Of a stretch of DNA of 64,000 bases, positions 30,539 to 40,813 are shown piece after piece. Numbering within the stretch: position 1 is the stretch's first letter; every line of letters starts with the position of its first letter. The notes below the pieces were generated by a model. That model searched no databases. It was not told the DNA's origin and worked only from the letters and a program-made list of their open reading frames with translations. Position numbers and translations under genes: made by a program. Origin of the DNA: Gammaproteobacteria bacterium (GTDB lineage Bacteria; Pseudomonadota; Gammaproteobacteria; Eutrophobiales; Eutrophobiaceae); the NCBI GenBank assembly GCA_963422205.2, contig CAXMWX010000007.1, positions 32,001 through 96,000 of the forward strand, given 5' to 3'.

Positions 30539-31399
30539 GTGATGCGCCCTATCCCGCAAATGACACAGGCGGGGCTGGAACCGGCGGTGGCCGTGGATGC
30601 CGTGGATGAGTATCAGAATACCCGTGAGTTGCTCATCGCCGATGAACGGCCGTTGACGATTTATATTGATGGCTATGAAATCGTCACCTTGATGACCCTG
30701 GGCAGTCTGCCGGAATTGCTGACCCTGGGCTACCTGAAAAACCAGGGGCTGATTGATGATCTCAGCGACATCAAGGCCATTCAGGTGGACTGGCAGGTGA
30801 ATGCGGCGGCGGTGACAACCAACCGCCCGCGGGCCGACTGGCAGGAACGGCTGGGTTCACGTATCGTCACCACCGGCTGTGGTCAGGGCACGGTGTACAG
30901 CCATATCCTGACACAGCTTGAAGAGCGCATGATCCAGCCACAGCAACTGAAACAGTCTGCGCTGTATACGCTGTTAAAAAACCTGACCGCCTGTAATGCG
31001 GTCTATCGAAATGCCGGTGCGGTGCATGGCTGTGCGCTGTGTGAAGGCACGGATGTGCGGGTGTTTGTTGAGGATGTCGGACGGCATAATGCGGTGGATG
31101 TGATTGCTGGCAAGATGTGGCTGGATGATATCCCGGGGGCAGGTAAGCTGTTCTACACCACGGGCCGGCTGACCTCGGAGATGGTCATGAAAGTGGTACA
31201 GATGGGGATTCCGGCCTTGTTATCACGCTCCGGCATCACGCAGATGGGGCTGAAGCTGGCAAAAGATTTTGGCATCACGCTGCTCTCCCGTGCCAAAGGC
31301 AAGCATTTTCTCATTTATAACGGGGCGGAAAATGTCATCTTTGATGTCTCATTGCCGGCCAAACGGGCCGTCGGCAAGCTGAAAACACCCGCTGCCTGA
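30539..31399 (+). CDS. fdhD: Formate dehydrogenase accessory sulfurtransferase
   Basis: TTGCGQG, GAVHGCA, EDVGRHNAVD, TTGRLTSEMV. Confidence 0.93.
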   Translation: MMRPIPQMTQAGLEPAVAVDAVDEYQNTRELLIADERPLTIYIDGYEIVTLMTLGSLPELLTLGYLKNQGLIDDLSDIKAIQVDWQVNAAAVTTNRPRADWQERLGSRIVTTGCGQGTVYSHILTQLEERMIQPQQLKQSALYTLLKNLTACNAVYRNAGAVHGCALCEGTDVRVFVEDVGRHNAVDVIAGKMWLDDIPGAGKLFYTTGRLTSEMVMKVVQMGIPALLSRSGITQMGLKLAKDFGITLLSRAKGKHFLIYNGAENVIFDVSLPAKRAVGKLKTPAA

Positions 31400-31418
31400 G
31401 CCGAGGCAACAGCAAACT

Positions 31419-32012
31419 GTGGATAAATCGGCGCTGACTGGTGTCATCCTAGCTGGCGGTCGGGCCAGCCGTATGGGCGGTACCGACAAGGGGCTGCTTA
31501 GGTTTGCCGGCCAGCCGTTGATCGAACACACGCTCGCTGCCCTTCGGCCCCAGGTCGGCTCGCTGCTCATCAATGCCAACCGAAATACTGCCCGTTATGC
31601 ACAATATGGCTACCCGGTCATTGCCGATGATCATCAGGGTTATCAGGGCCCGCTGGCGGGTATGGCCCGTTGCCTGGAGATGATCACCAGCGATTACATG
31701 CTCGCCCTGCCCTGCGATTCCCCTTATCTGCCCGCTGATTTGGCGAGAAGGATGTGCATCAGTCTGCAAGCACAACAGGCCGAGATCTGCACCGTCCATA
31801 ACGGCGAGAGATTGCAGCCGGTGTTTGCCTTGATACCCGCCCGCCTGGGGCATTCCCTGCACGCTTATCTCAACTCAGGGCAGCGAAAAATTGATCAATG
31901 GTATGCCCGGCACATGCTGGCCATTGCCGATTTTTCCGATCAGCCCGAGGCTTTCCTGAACATCAATACGCCGGAGGATATCGCCGAGTTGGACGTAAAG
32001 GCCAGGGACTAA
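31419..32012 (+). CDS. mobA: Molybdenum cofactor guanylyltransferase
   Basis: ILAGGRASRMGGTDKGL, GPLAG, PCDSP, NINTPED. Confidence 0.95.
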   Translation: MDKSALTGVILAGGRASRMGGTDKGLLRFAGQPLIEHTLAALRPQVGSLLINANRNTARYAQYGYPVIADDHQGYQGPLAGMARCLEMITSDYMLALPCDSPYLPADLARRMCISLQAQQAEICTVHNGERLQPVFALIPARLGHSLHAYLNSGQRKIDQWYARHMLAIADFSDQPEAFLNINTPEDIAELDVKARD

Positions 32013-32141
32013 GGCGGGGTCATGCCGGGCGTGATCAAGGCTGATGCCAGACCGTCCACCCGCATGACAAACCTGGCCTGATTGGCTATCATCATGCCCG
32101 CAGCCACGCTTGCCTGCTTTACCTCACAGAACAGTTGCTAC

Positions 32142-32672
32142 ATGCCAGAGAGTCAGATACCCATCATCGGTTTTGCCGCCTGGAGTGGTACCGGCAAAAC
32201 TACTTTGCTGATCCATCTGATCAGGATTTTTACATGCCGGCAATTACAGGTAGCGGTCATCAAACATGCCCACCACACCTTTGAGATAGATTACCCCGGC
32301 AAAGACAGTTACGAATTACGCAAGGCCGGTGCCAGCCAGGTCTTGATTGGCTCACGCCAGCGCTGGGCATTGATGGTGGAGAACCCGCAAGATGAGTCAC
32401 CGACCCTGGCTGACCTGGTTGGCCGGCTGACACCGGGGAAGCTGGACGTGATCTTGGTGGAGGGGTTTAAGCCTGAAGCCATCCCCAAGATTGAACTGCA
32501 CCGGCCGGGTCTGGGCAGACCGCTGCTGTTTCCCGAAGATGACAGTATAATAGCCATCGCCAGCGACAAGCCGCTGGATACGCACACCACGCTGCCCATG
32601 CTGGACTTGAACCAGGCAGGCGATATTGCAGAATTTATTATCAGCCGGTTTTTAACCGAAGACGCCCAATGA
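32142..32672 (+). CDS. mobB: Molybdopterin-guanine dinucleotide biosynthesis protein B
   Basis: AWSGTGKTTL, IKHAHH, GKDSY, VEGFK. Confidence 0.93.
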   Translation: MPESQIPIIGFAAWSGTGKTTLLIHLIRIFTCRQLQVAVIKHAHHTFEIDYPGKDSYELRKAGASQVLIGSRQRWALMVENPQDESPTLADLVGRLTPGKLDVILVEGFKPEAIPKIELHRPGLGRPLLFPEDDSIIAIASDKPLDTHTTLPMLDLNQAGDIAEFIISRFLTEDAQ

Positions 32673-32673
32673 G

Positions 32674-33958
32674 ATGATGACGGATTTACCTATCAAGAAA
32701 GACCCTGCTTGTCGGGATGAGCATGATCCAGCTTCCCTGCTGCCGGCGCTTGCGCTGGGCCCGGATCAAGCAGGCGATCACGGCCATCACCGGCATAGAA
32801 AAATTACCCCTGCGTGATGCCTTGAACCGGATCGTTGCAGCGGATGTCCATTCGACCATGAACGTCCCGTCAGGCACGAACTCGGCGATGGATGGCTATG
32901 CCGTCAACAGTGCCGACATTCCCCCAACTGGCGTGAACACCTTGCCGCTGGTTGGCACCTCATGGGCGGGTAGGCCGTTTGCAGGCAAGGTTCCCCGGGG
33001 CAGTTGCGTACGCATCATGACCGGTGGTCTCCTGCCCGAGGCGACAGACACCGTGATCATCCAGGAAGATGTGCAAAGGGAAGCGGAGCAGATAACGATT
33101 GATAACAGCACCCGGGCGGGCGATAACGTCAGACAGGCAGGGGAAGATATTGCCATTGGTGATTTGATACTGGCCCGGGGGCGGCGGTTAAACCCGGCCG
33201 ACATCGGCCTGATGGCCTCACTAGGCATGGCCGAAGTCACGGTGTACAGACAGGTACGGGTGGCTTTTTTCTCCACCGGGGATGAGCTGCGAAGCCTTGG
33301 TGAGCAACTGGGCGAGCGACTGGATGAGGGCGCTGTGTATGACAGCAATCGCTATACGCTGCATGCCATGTTGAAGCGATTGGGCGTTGAGATCATCGAC
33401 ATGGGTGTCGTCCGTGATGTACGCCAGGAAGTAGAAGATGCGTTTGTCATGGCCGCCAGGAATGCGGATGTGATCATCACCTCCGGCGGTGTCTCTGTGG
33501 GTGAGGCTGATTTTGTAAAAGCAGCATTGGATAAGGTCGGTACGGTGAATTTCTGGAAAGTCGCCATGAAGCCGGGGCGACCGCTGGCCTTCGGCACAGT
33601 AAAGCAGGCGTTATTTTTTGGCTTGCCCGGCAACCCGGTGTCGGTCATGGTGACCTTCTATCAATTCGTACAGCCGGCCTTGCGGGTGCTGATGGGCGAG
33701 GCCGAGGATGACAGCATGACGGTCAAGGTGCGCTGTGGTTCGGTCTTGAAAAAACGGCCGGGGCGGGTGGAATACCAGCGCGGCATCTTGAGCAGAGATG
33801 AACAGGGCGAGCCGGTGGTGGTCAAATCCGGCGCCCAGGGCTCGGGGGTTTTAAGCTCTATGTCGAGGGCCAACTGTTTTATTATCTTACCTGTCGACTC
33901 TGACGGGGCAGCGCCCGGCGATACGGTGGATGTGCAGCCGTTTCATGGCCTTGTCTGA
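32674..33958 (+). CDS. moeA: Molybdopterin molybdotransferase (1-nt frameshift near 32757-32760, probably a read error)
   Basis: SAMDGYA, STGDEL, SGGVSVG, LPGNPVS; N-terminus MTDLPIKKDPACRDEHDP lies in another frame and joins by removing one G from ctgggccc. Confidence 0.9.
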
Positions 33959-34007
33959 GCCGCTGACGATGATGGCAGGTGGCGATAGTCCTTCAAGGAA
34001 GGCGGCA

Positions 34008-34838
34008 ATGAACGCCGTGATGAATGGGGTTGCCAGGCCGCCTTTGAAGTGGGCGGGTGGCAAACGCTGGCTGCTGCCATATCTGCGCCCTGTCTGGGAT
34101 CAGTATCAGGATCACCGGCTGGTTGAGCCGTTATGTGGCGGCTTGTCTGTGGCGCTTGGCCTGTCGCCCCAAAAGGCGTTGTTAAATGATATCAATCCCC
34201 ATGTCGTCAATTTTTATCAATGGCTGCAAGCCGGGTTTAAGATAAAAATAAAAATGCAAAACGATTCTGATCTTTATTATGCCCATCGACAACGGTTTAA
34301 CACGCTGATTGCAAAGGGAAGCGCAGAGACAAAGACGGCAGCGGCCTTGTTTTATTATCTAAATCGCACCGGCTACAATGGCCTGTGTCGCTTTAATCAA
34401 CATGGCGAATTTAATGTTCCCTTCGGCAGCTATGCGAAAATCACCTACAGGCGGGATTTTACCGACTATCAATCCGCCCTGGCCGGCTGGCGATTCACTT
34501 GCAGGGATTTTGCTGAAATCAGGCTGGGCAAGAAAGATTTTATCTATGCTGATCCGCCCTATGATGTCGAGTTTACCGCATATACAAAAACAGGTTTTCG
34601 TTGGGATGACCAGCAGCGCCTGACAGCCTGGCTTGTGCGCCATGAGGGGCCGGTCGTGTTATCAAATCAGGCGACAAAACGCGTGCTGCAACTCTATGAG
34701 GAGTCCGGTTTTACCTGCCAGATTGTCGATGCGCCACGGCGAATCAGCTGTACAGGCGACAGAACGCCAGCGAAAGAGGTGATTGCCACCAGGAATATAG
34801 CTGCCTGGAAATACCCAAACGGGCAACTCACCCACTGA
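34008..34838 (+). CDS. Dam-like (D12 class) N6-adenine DNA methyltransferase, orphan
   Basis: PPLKWAGGK, EPLCGG, YLNRTGYNGL.RFN..G.FNVPFG, YADPPY. Confidence 0.92.
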   Translation: MNAVMNGVARPPLKWAGGKRWLLPYLRPVWDQYQDHRLVEPLCGGLSVALGLSPQKALLNDINPHVVNFYQWLQAGFKIKIKMQNDSDLYYAHRQRFNTLIAKGSAETKTAAALFYYLNRTGYNGLCRFNQHGEFNVPFGSYAKITYRRDFTDYQSALAGWRFTCRDFAEIRLGKKDFIYADPPYDVEFTAYTKTGFRWDDQQRLTAWLVRHEGPVVLSNQATKRVLQLYEESGFTCQIVDAPRRISCTGDRTPAKEVIATRNIAAWKYPNGQLTH

Positions 34839-34878
34839 TCACAGCCTGTCCGCACCTGCCGTTTAAGCACGTGATTGC

Positions 34879-35808
34879 TTACAGCCTTATCTGCATCCCA
34901 TCGTAAGCGACCTCCCAGCCTGCCGCTTCTGCCGTTTTTCTCTCTTCACTGTCAGCGAGCAAGATCGGGTTGGTGGTGTTGATATGGATAAAGATTTTGC
35001 GCTTGATGTTGAGTTTGCTGAAGGCATTCAAGGTGCCATCTTCGCCCGACACACTCATGTGTCCCATGCGCTTGCCGGTCTTCACGCCCACGTTCTCACG
35101 AATCATCTCATCATCCACCCATAAGGTGCCATCAAACAAGATCAGATCAGCACCGTCAATCTGCCCTGCCAGAGCAGGCGGCATATCGGCGCAGGCGGGC
35201 ATATAATAAAACGATTTTCCCGTGTTTTTATCCAGCACATACAGGGCGATCGTGTCCTCATCCGCCGAGCCAAAGTTCGCCCCTTTGGATTCATCTTCCA
35301 GCCACAGCGCCACCTTGCCTGGTACAGCAAACGGCCTTATCTGCATACCACTGACATCGCCGGCGGGCGTTTGCAAGTCGACAGTCTCATCCAGGCGCAT
35401 GGCGTGACGCTGGACAAACTCAGGATTCAGCACATTAAAAATGCTGTTAGCCGCAAGCACGCCCAGCACACGTTCAGTTGCATACAGATTCAGTGGCTGT
35501 GATTCACGTAAATTCAGCAATCCGGCAACATGATCAACATCGGCGTTGGTCAGCACCACCCCCATGATGGGACTGTGCCTGAGATCCTTTTTCGGATGTA
35601 GAATTGCATTGTCGTTGATCTGCTGGCGCAAATCCGGGGAGGCATTACACAAAAACCACGCCTGCCCATCGGCACTGACTGCAATAGAGGATTGCGTGCG
35701 CTGGGGGGCGGCCGGATCACCTTGCCGTGCCCGGCGGCTGTTGGGATGATTGCAGTTCCATTGCGGATAACCACCGCCTGCCGCTGCGCCTAATATGCGT
35801 ATGTGCAT
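34879..35808 (-). CDS. pqqB: PQQ biosynthesis protein B
   Basis: LGAAAGGGYPQWNC, RTQSSIAVS, NASPD, GKRMGH, HINTTNPIL. Confidence 0.95.
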   Translation of the reverse strand: MHIRILGAAAGGGYPQWNCNHPNSRRARQGDPAAPQRTQSSIAVSADGQAWFLCNASPDLRQQINDNAILHPKKDLRHSPIMGVVLTNADVDHVAGLLNLRESQPLNLYATERVLGVLAANSIFNVLNPEFVQRHAMRLDETVDLQTPAGDVSGMQIRPFAVPGKVALWLEDESKGANFGSADEDTIALYVLDKNTGKSFYYMPACADMPPALAGQIDGADLILFDGTLWVDDEMIRENVGVKTGKRMGHMSVSGEDGTLNAFSKLNIKRKIFIHINTTNPILLADSEERKTAEAAGWEVAYDGMQIRL

Positions 35809-35811
35809 GGA

Positions 35812-36280
35812 TTATCTCCGCTGATTTTGATAACGATTATTTTCATAACCGGAGGTATTGCATTCAACCCAGCGCTCGCCATCTTCGCCCTGCTCTTTTT
35901 TCCAAAATGGCGCTTCTTGTTTCAGCGCTTCAATAATAAACCGACAGGCATCCAGCGCATCCCCCCCGATGTCCCGCCCAGATAGCCACCAGCACAATCG
36001 CATCGGCGATGTCGATCTGCCCTGTCCTGTGCAACACCAGGCCATCCAGCAAGGCCCATTTTTCACTGGCCTGCTTGCCAATCTGTGATAGGTATCTCTC
36101 CGTCATGCCCGGATAGTGTTCCAGAAACAGAGAGGCAATGTGCGTATCTGCATTAAAGTCGCGCATGGTGCCGATAAAAATCCCCGTTGCCCCATACCTT
36201 CCCGGCAGCAACTGACTGTCCTGATACGCCTTGAGCTCGGCCAAGGGATCAAAGCATTCAGCTCTTAACTCGGTGTGCAT
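35812..36280 (-). CDS. moaE: Molybdopterin synthase catalytic subunit (frameshift at C7 run 35961-35967)
   Basis: FIGTMRD, LEHYPGMTE, HRTG in one frame; DACRFIIEALKQEAPFWKKE in the next. Confidence 0.9.
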
Positions 36281-36286
36281 GGTGAA

Positions 36287-36520
36287 TCATCCACCCGTGA
36301 CGGGCGGGAAAAATGCCACCTCATCGCCGTCATTGATTTGCGGATTACCCTTGACATGTTCCATATTGACCGCCGCCAGCACGCCTTCCGGCATGGCATC
36401 ACCGGCTGACAGGGCGCACCAGATATCGGCCACGGTCAAGCCAGGCGCATAATCCACGCTGTCATCCGCACGACCAAACTCTTCACGCAGAGACGCAAAA
36501 AACTTCACTTTAACCGCCAT
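36287..36520 (-). CDS. moaD: Molybdopterin synthase sulfur carrier
   Basis: VKFFASLRE, AVN, DGDEVAFFPPVTGG. Confidence 0.95.
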   Translation of the reverse strand: MAVKVKFFASLREEFGRADDSVDYAPGLTVADIWCALSAGDAMPEGVLAAVNMEHVKGNPQINDGDEVAFFPPVTGG

Positions 36521-36751
36521 GGTAAAACCTGTATTTTATCTTGTTTCGGGATGACGTATTATAGCTTTATCTGTTGCGGCAGGACAGCCTGTGTATGAAT
36601 CCACCACATACTGCACATTTTATTGTACTTGATCCTGTACTGCACGGGGATGTGTCATCCTGGGGGATACAGGACGACGACAGGGAGGTAGGAGGCAGAA
36701 AACGTCGGGAACAGGTTTTCGAGCGACTGTAAGGGTCTGCCATGTCGTCCC

Positions 36752-36834
36752 CGTCATCCTGAAGGAGTGCAACGACTGAAGGATCTATCATGTAGAGGCA
36801 TAGATTCTTCGTCACTGCGCTCCTCAGAATGACG
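36752..36834. repeat. REP/RPE-like palindromic element 1
   Basis: cgtcatcctga..gaaggatct..agattcttc..tcagaatgacg imperfect inverted repeat. Confidence 0.8.
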
Positions 36835-36861
36835 TGCTACTGTCATCTTGGCTCCCGCACC

Positions 36862-36942
36862 CTCTCCGTCATCCTGAGCGCAGCGAAGGATCTATCGTGA
36901 TAGTGGCATGGATTCTTCGCTACCGCTCAGAATGACGGAGAG
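36862..36942. repeat. REP/RPE-like palindromic element 2
   Basis: ctctccgtcatcctgagcgcagcgaaggatct..gattcttcgctaccgctcagaatgacggagag. Confidence 0.85.
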
Positions 36943-37025
36943 AGGCAGCATGGCGGGGTGATAGGGCACTCGCTTTTAGCCTCCATTAAGTGCAATATGT
37001 TTCTGAACTTATACAGCCTGTTACG

Positions 37026-37523
37026 ATGACAAAACTGACCCATTTCAACCAGCAGGGCGAGGCGCAGATGGTCAATGTGGCCGGTAAGGCCAGCACTCAC
37101 CGGGTCGCCATCGCCACCGGCCACATCACCATGCAGCCAGCGACCTTGCGGTTAATCACCGAGGGTAAGCATAAAAAAGGCGATGTGCTGGGCGTTGCAC
37201 GCATTGCTGGCATGATGGCGGCCAAGAGAACCGCCGATCTCATCCCCCTGTGTCATCCGCTGGCATTAAGCCATGTCGATATTCAACTGGATTGCGATCC
37301 AGAAGCCCATGCCGTGCGCTGCACCGTTCGGGTGGAGACGCAAGGGCAGACCGGCGTGGAAATGGAGGCGCTGACTGCGGTGCAACTGAGCCTGCTGACC
37401 ATCTACGATATGTGCAAGGCCGTTGACCGCAGCATGACCATGGAGGCCATTCAGCTATGTCACAAGTCCGGTGGCAAGTCCGGCACCTGGAACCGGGCGG
37501 CTGAACAAGAAAGCACCGGGTAA
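37026..37523 (+). CDS. moaC: Cyclic pyranopterin monophosphate synthase
   Basis: [40 protein letters not shown]. Confidence 0.96.
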   Translation: MTKLTHFNQQGEAQMVNVAGKASTHRVAIATGHITMQPATLRLITEGKHKKGDVLGVARIAGMMAAKRTADLIPLCHPLALSHVDIQLDCDPEAHAVRCTVRVETQGQTGVEMEALTAVQLSLLTIYDMCKAVDRSMTMEAIQLCHKSGGKSGTWNRAAEQESTG

Positions 37524-37525
37524 CG

Positions 37526-37711
<186 letters not shown>

Positions 37712-37972
37712 AACTGCACATTGCAAATCATCACACAGCGGCTAAGGCACCTGGCGCATCGCCTTCGGGTGGCCTTTGTTCTCAAGATGCCGCTGATCAG
37801 AGAGTCACGGTTACCCGGCAGTCGGTCGGAGCCTCAAGTGCGGCCTGTCGAACGAAGCGTGGTCATGAAGAGAAAATCGCCAGACTCATCTGAGGGCGAA
37901 AGAGGATTCTGTGTTTTCCGAAATCGATGAGGGGTTGGATTCGGCTCACAGATAAACAACCTTCTGTATTTT

Positions 37973-38842
37973 TTGTATTATTGCAAAATCAACAAGTTAA
38001 AACTTTACCTTGCAAGGCGAGAACTTATTGGATCGTATGAGATGTTGGCAAGGTTGATATTTTGGCTTGCAAGACAAAGATTTATTGGATCCTATGACTG
38101 GTTGAGAATATTGAGAATAAAGTCGTTAGCGTGGGACTTTTATTTCCCTTACATGAACAGGTACAGCAATTTCTGTCACGATGGCTTGAGTGCAAATTCG
38201 CATCATGATCCAAGTTTTCTGACCGAGAAATATTTTAAGGAGGATCTTCAAAATGTACGCGAATTCTGCTTTGCCAGGCGGGCAGAAAATACAGGCGAAT
38301 TCCATCGCCAAATTGCCGACATATTGCAAGAATTCTGGCAATTTAGCCCTGCAATTTCCAGGGAAGTGGAGAGAAAAATAATCAATTTTAAGAATAAACT
38401 GGGTGGCGAGCCATACATCGCAATACATGTCCGGCGGGGAGATAAACTGAGAGAGGATGACCGGCTGTATGAGATAGAAGAATACATATCAATTTTAACG
38501 GATCACAACAAACACAAGAAAATTCGAAATGTATTTGTTTTAACCGATGATTTCAGGGCCTACAGCCAACTGAAGGAGGCATTAGCCGATGCCTTCGTCT
38601 TTTCTTTTGTGACCAAACAGCAACGGGGGTATGATGAATCAGTCCATGATTTTTATCCTCTCGCAGAGAAACACAAAAGACTGGTGGATTTTCTGGTTGA
38701 CATAGAAATTGCCAGACATTCTGATTTTTTTATAGGCAGTTTCACCTCAAACCTATTCAGGCTTGTATGCTACTTTAAGCGGGGCAATGACTGCTTTGAT
38801 CTATCTGGCGACTTTGCCAATCCTGGAAAAAATGCCCCCTAA
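37973..38842 (+). CDS. Fucosyltransferase-like glycosyltransferase (GT23/NodZ/FUT8-type motifs), low GC
   Basis: YIAIHVRRGDK, VFVLTDD, DFFIGSFTSN; start uncertain. Confidence 0.72.
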   Translation: MYYCKINKLKLYLARRELIGSYEMLARLIFWLARQRFIGSYDWLRILRIKSLAWDFYFPYMNRYSNFCHDGLSANSHHDPSFLTEKYFKEDLQNVREFCFARRAENTGEFHRQIADILQEFWQFSPAISREVERKIINFKNKLGGEPYIAIHVRRGDKLREDDRLYEIEEYISILTDHNKHKKIRNVFVLTDDFRAYSQLKEALADAFVFSFVTKQQRGYDESVHDFYPLAEKHKRLVDFLVDIEIARHSDFFIGSFTSNLFRLVCYFKRGNDCFDLSGDFANPGKNAP

Positions 38843-39157
38843 AAAAGTGGTTATAAACATGCCGCCCTTGAGCAAAGCAAGTCCCCTCTGATTAGAGGCA
38901 GCCAAAGGCTTATGGGATAGAAAAGAGGCACAAAGGCCGCCGGATGCAGGACAAGCCCTTCAGGATAGCGATCGTACCGGTAGACACCTGGCCGATGAGA
39001 TGAATACCGGCGTTTCCTAACATCAAGCAATGTGCCCGGGATTTGGAACATAGCGGGATGGCAGACATTGACATCCCTATCCTCATTTTATGGCCTTATC
39101 CCGGGCATTGACGCCTGAGTTAAGCAGCAGCCGAAGCGTTCACGAACTAGCGTCAGT

Positions 39158-39538
39158 TCAATCATATTTGATATAGGTAAACCTCGGATCGGTCGGCGTT
39201 CCTTCTAAAGCATTGTTATCATCTACCCCCGGCTGCCACATCACCACCTCTTCAATCTGCTTTGCCAGGGCAAAATCTTTGGCGGTCACGCCCTTGGCGG
39301 CATGGGTCATCAACTTGACGATGACAAAGGCATAAGAGGCGGTTAAATCCGGGTGGTGCCAGGCCGCCTCTGCCAGATGCCCGACGGTATTGATCACCAT
39401 CAAGGTTCCCTTCCAGCCACTGGTCTTGTATCGTCGCCGTATCCAGCCGTCTTCGTAGTACCACGCTGGCAACTCCCGTTGCAGCTTATCGGTGATCTCC
39501 TCTTCCGTATACGTACTCTCATCTTGCGACTGTGTCAT
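39158..39538 (-). CDS. Pterin-4a-carbinolamine dehydratase (H4MPT-cluster type)
   Basis: GHLAEAAWHHPDL, VKLMTH..KGVTAKDF.LA. Confidence 0.9.
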   Translation of the reverse strand: MTQSQDESTYTEEEITDKLQRELPAWYYEDGWIRRRYKTSGWKGTLMVINTVGHLAEAAWHHPDLTASYAFVIVKLMTHAAKGVTAKDFALAKQIEEVVMWQPGVDDNNALEGTPTDPRFTYIKYD

Positions 39539-40244
39539 AGCATCTCTCCTCATCTTCGGTGTTGGTTTGTTTTGCAAATAACCGCTTCAATGTGAGCATC
39601 GCCGCCGCATCCAGCGATGCCACCCTGTCATGCTGCCTGCACAAGGCGCCCCGAAAGCCGAGATAGTCGGCTTGCAGCGGCAATAAGGCCGGCACATCTG
39701 CATGGCGCAGCGAACCGGCCAGGCCACAGAGCAACCCCGCCTCTTTGGCAGCACCGATGAACGCCACCAGGGCGCCTTGATCAAGACGTTGCCGGAGTGA
39801 ACCGGCGGCTTTGTCGGCGGTATCCAGCATCACGCCTTTGATGCCGGCGGCGGCGAGCAATGTACTATCGGGCATCATTCCCGCATGTTCGGCAAAAAAG
39901 ACCAGCACGAGGGACGCCCCCCGTGCGGTACAGCGGCCAAGTACGTTCAGGAACGGCGGCGTTACGGATACGCCGAATACCCCTGCCTTGACATAATCAA
40001 CGCCTGTGCTGTGCGTGGCCATGATGCGTTGTTCCATGTCCGGGCTGTGCATGGGAATATCGCCCGTGGTGGCGCTCACGACTACCCTGCCCGCCATGCA
40101 GTCGACTATTCTGGCGATCTCCTCGATAGCCAATGCGCCTAACACGCCCGTGGCCGGTTCTTTCACATCAACAATATCAGCACCAGCCCGCAGCGCCAGC
40201 CTGGCCTCAGCCAGGTTACGCACGCTAACCAGCATACCCGTCAT
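39519..40244 (-). CDS. (5-formylfuran-3-yl)methyl phosphate synthase (MfnB/Orf22-like)
   Basis: LVSVRN..EA, DIVDVKEP..G.LGA, SATTGD, DYVKAG, MLDTADK, GLAGSL, GFRGALC. Confidence 0.88.
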   Translation of the reverse strand: MTGMLVSVRNLAEARLALRAGADIVDVKEPATGVLGALAIEEIARIVDCMAGRVVVSATTGDIPMHSPDMEQRIMATHSTGVDYVKAGVFGVSVTPPFLNVLGRCTARGASLVLVFFAEHAGMMPDSTLLAAAGIKGVMLDTADKAAGSLRQRLDQGALVAFIGAAKEAGLLCGLAGSLRHADVPALLPLQADYLGFRGALCRQHDRVASLDAAAMLTLKRLFAKQTNTEDEERCYDTVAR

Positions 40245-40813
40245 GGGGTGTGCTGCCCATCGCTGGCATAGTAATCGGCCACGACTTCCTGCAACCACTG
40301 CCAGGCTTGCCGTTCTTTTTCACCGGCGGTTTTCTCTATGGCGATGGTCAGGTAGCGCAACTCCGCATCCACCTTATCCGGTGGCAGCCGGTCCAGCCGG
40401 CTCACCAGAATAGCCGCCTCCACCACCGCCGCCTGCGCCCGATTAAACCCCCGGAAACCGCCATGCCGCTGCTCGTATACCACAGCACAATGAAAACGCG
40501 GCCGCTGTACATCCTCTTCTATCTGCTCAACCCTGACCTCCACATGCGACAAGGCATCGGCCAGCATCTGTCCGGCGATGTGTGCCGCGGGCCGTAACGG
40601 CCAGTCGTATCGGCCGCTGAGACAACCGGCGATAATCCGCACATCATCGGTCATGTTGATCACGGCCTCGCCACAACGTTGCAGGTTCGCCAGGGTAACT
40701 GACGGCTTGAATGGGGCAATAACATAATATTGATCCTGCAAGCGGATCCCCATCGGGGCGATATGGCAACTCGCATCGTCGTTTAAGGTGGTGATCACGG
40801 TCTCGAAAATCAT
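40241..40813 (-). CDS. DUF447 (Orf21-like) H4MPT-cluster protein
   Basis: IFETVITT, HIAPMGI, PFKPS.TL.NL, GFNRAQAAVVEAAIL. Confidence 0.85.
   Translation of the reverse strand: MIFETVITTLNDDASCHIAPMGIRLQDQYYVIAPFKPSVTLANLQRCGEAVINMTDDVRIIAGCLSGRYDWPLRPAAHIAGQMLADALSHVEVRVEQIEEDVQRPRFHCAVVYEQRHGGFRGFNRAQAAVVEAAILVSRLDRLPPDKVDAELRYLTIAIEKTAGEKERQAWQWLQEVVADYYASDGQHTP

Noticed and set aside
36752-36942. CRISPR repeats or a Moco riboswitch
   Set aside because: These are long imperfect palindromes of REP type; I could not match a Moco/Tuco RNA motif by eye
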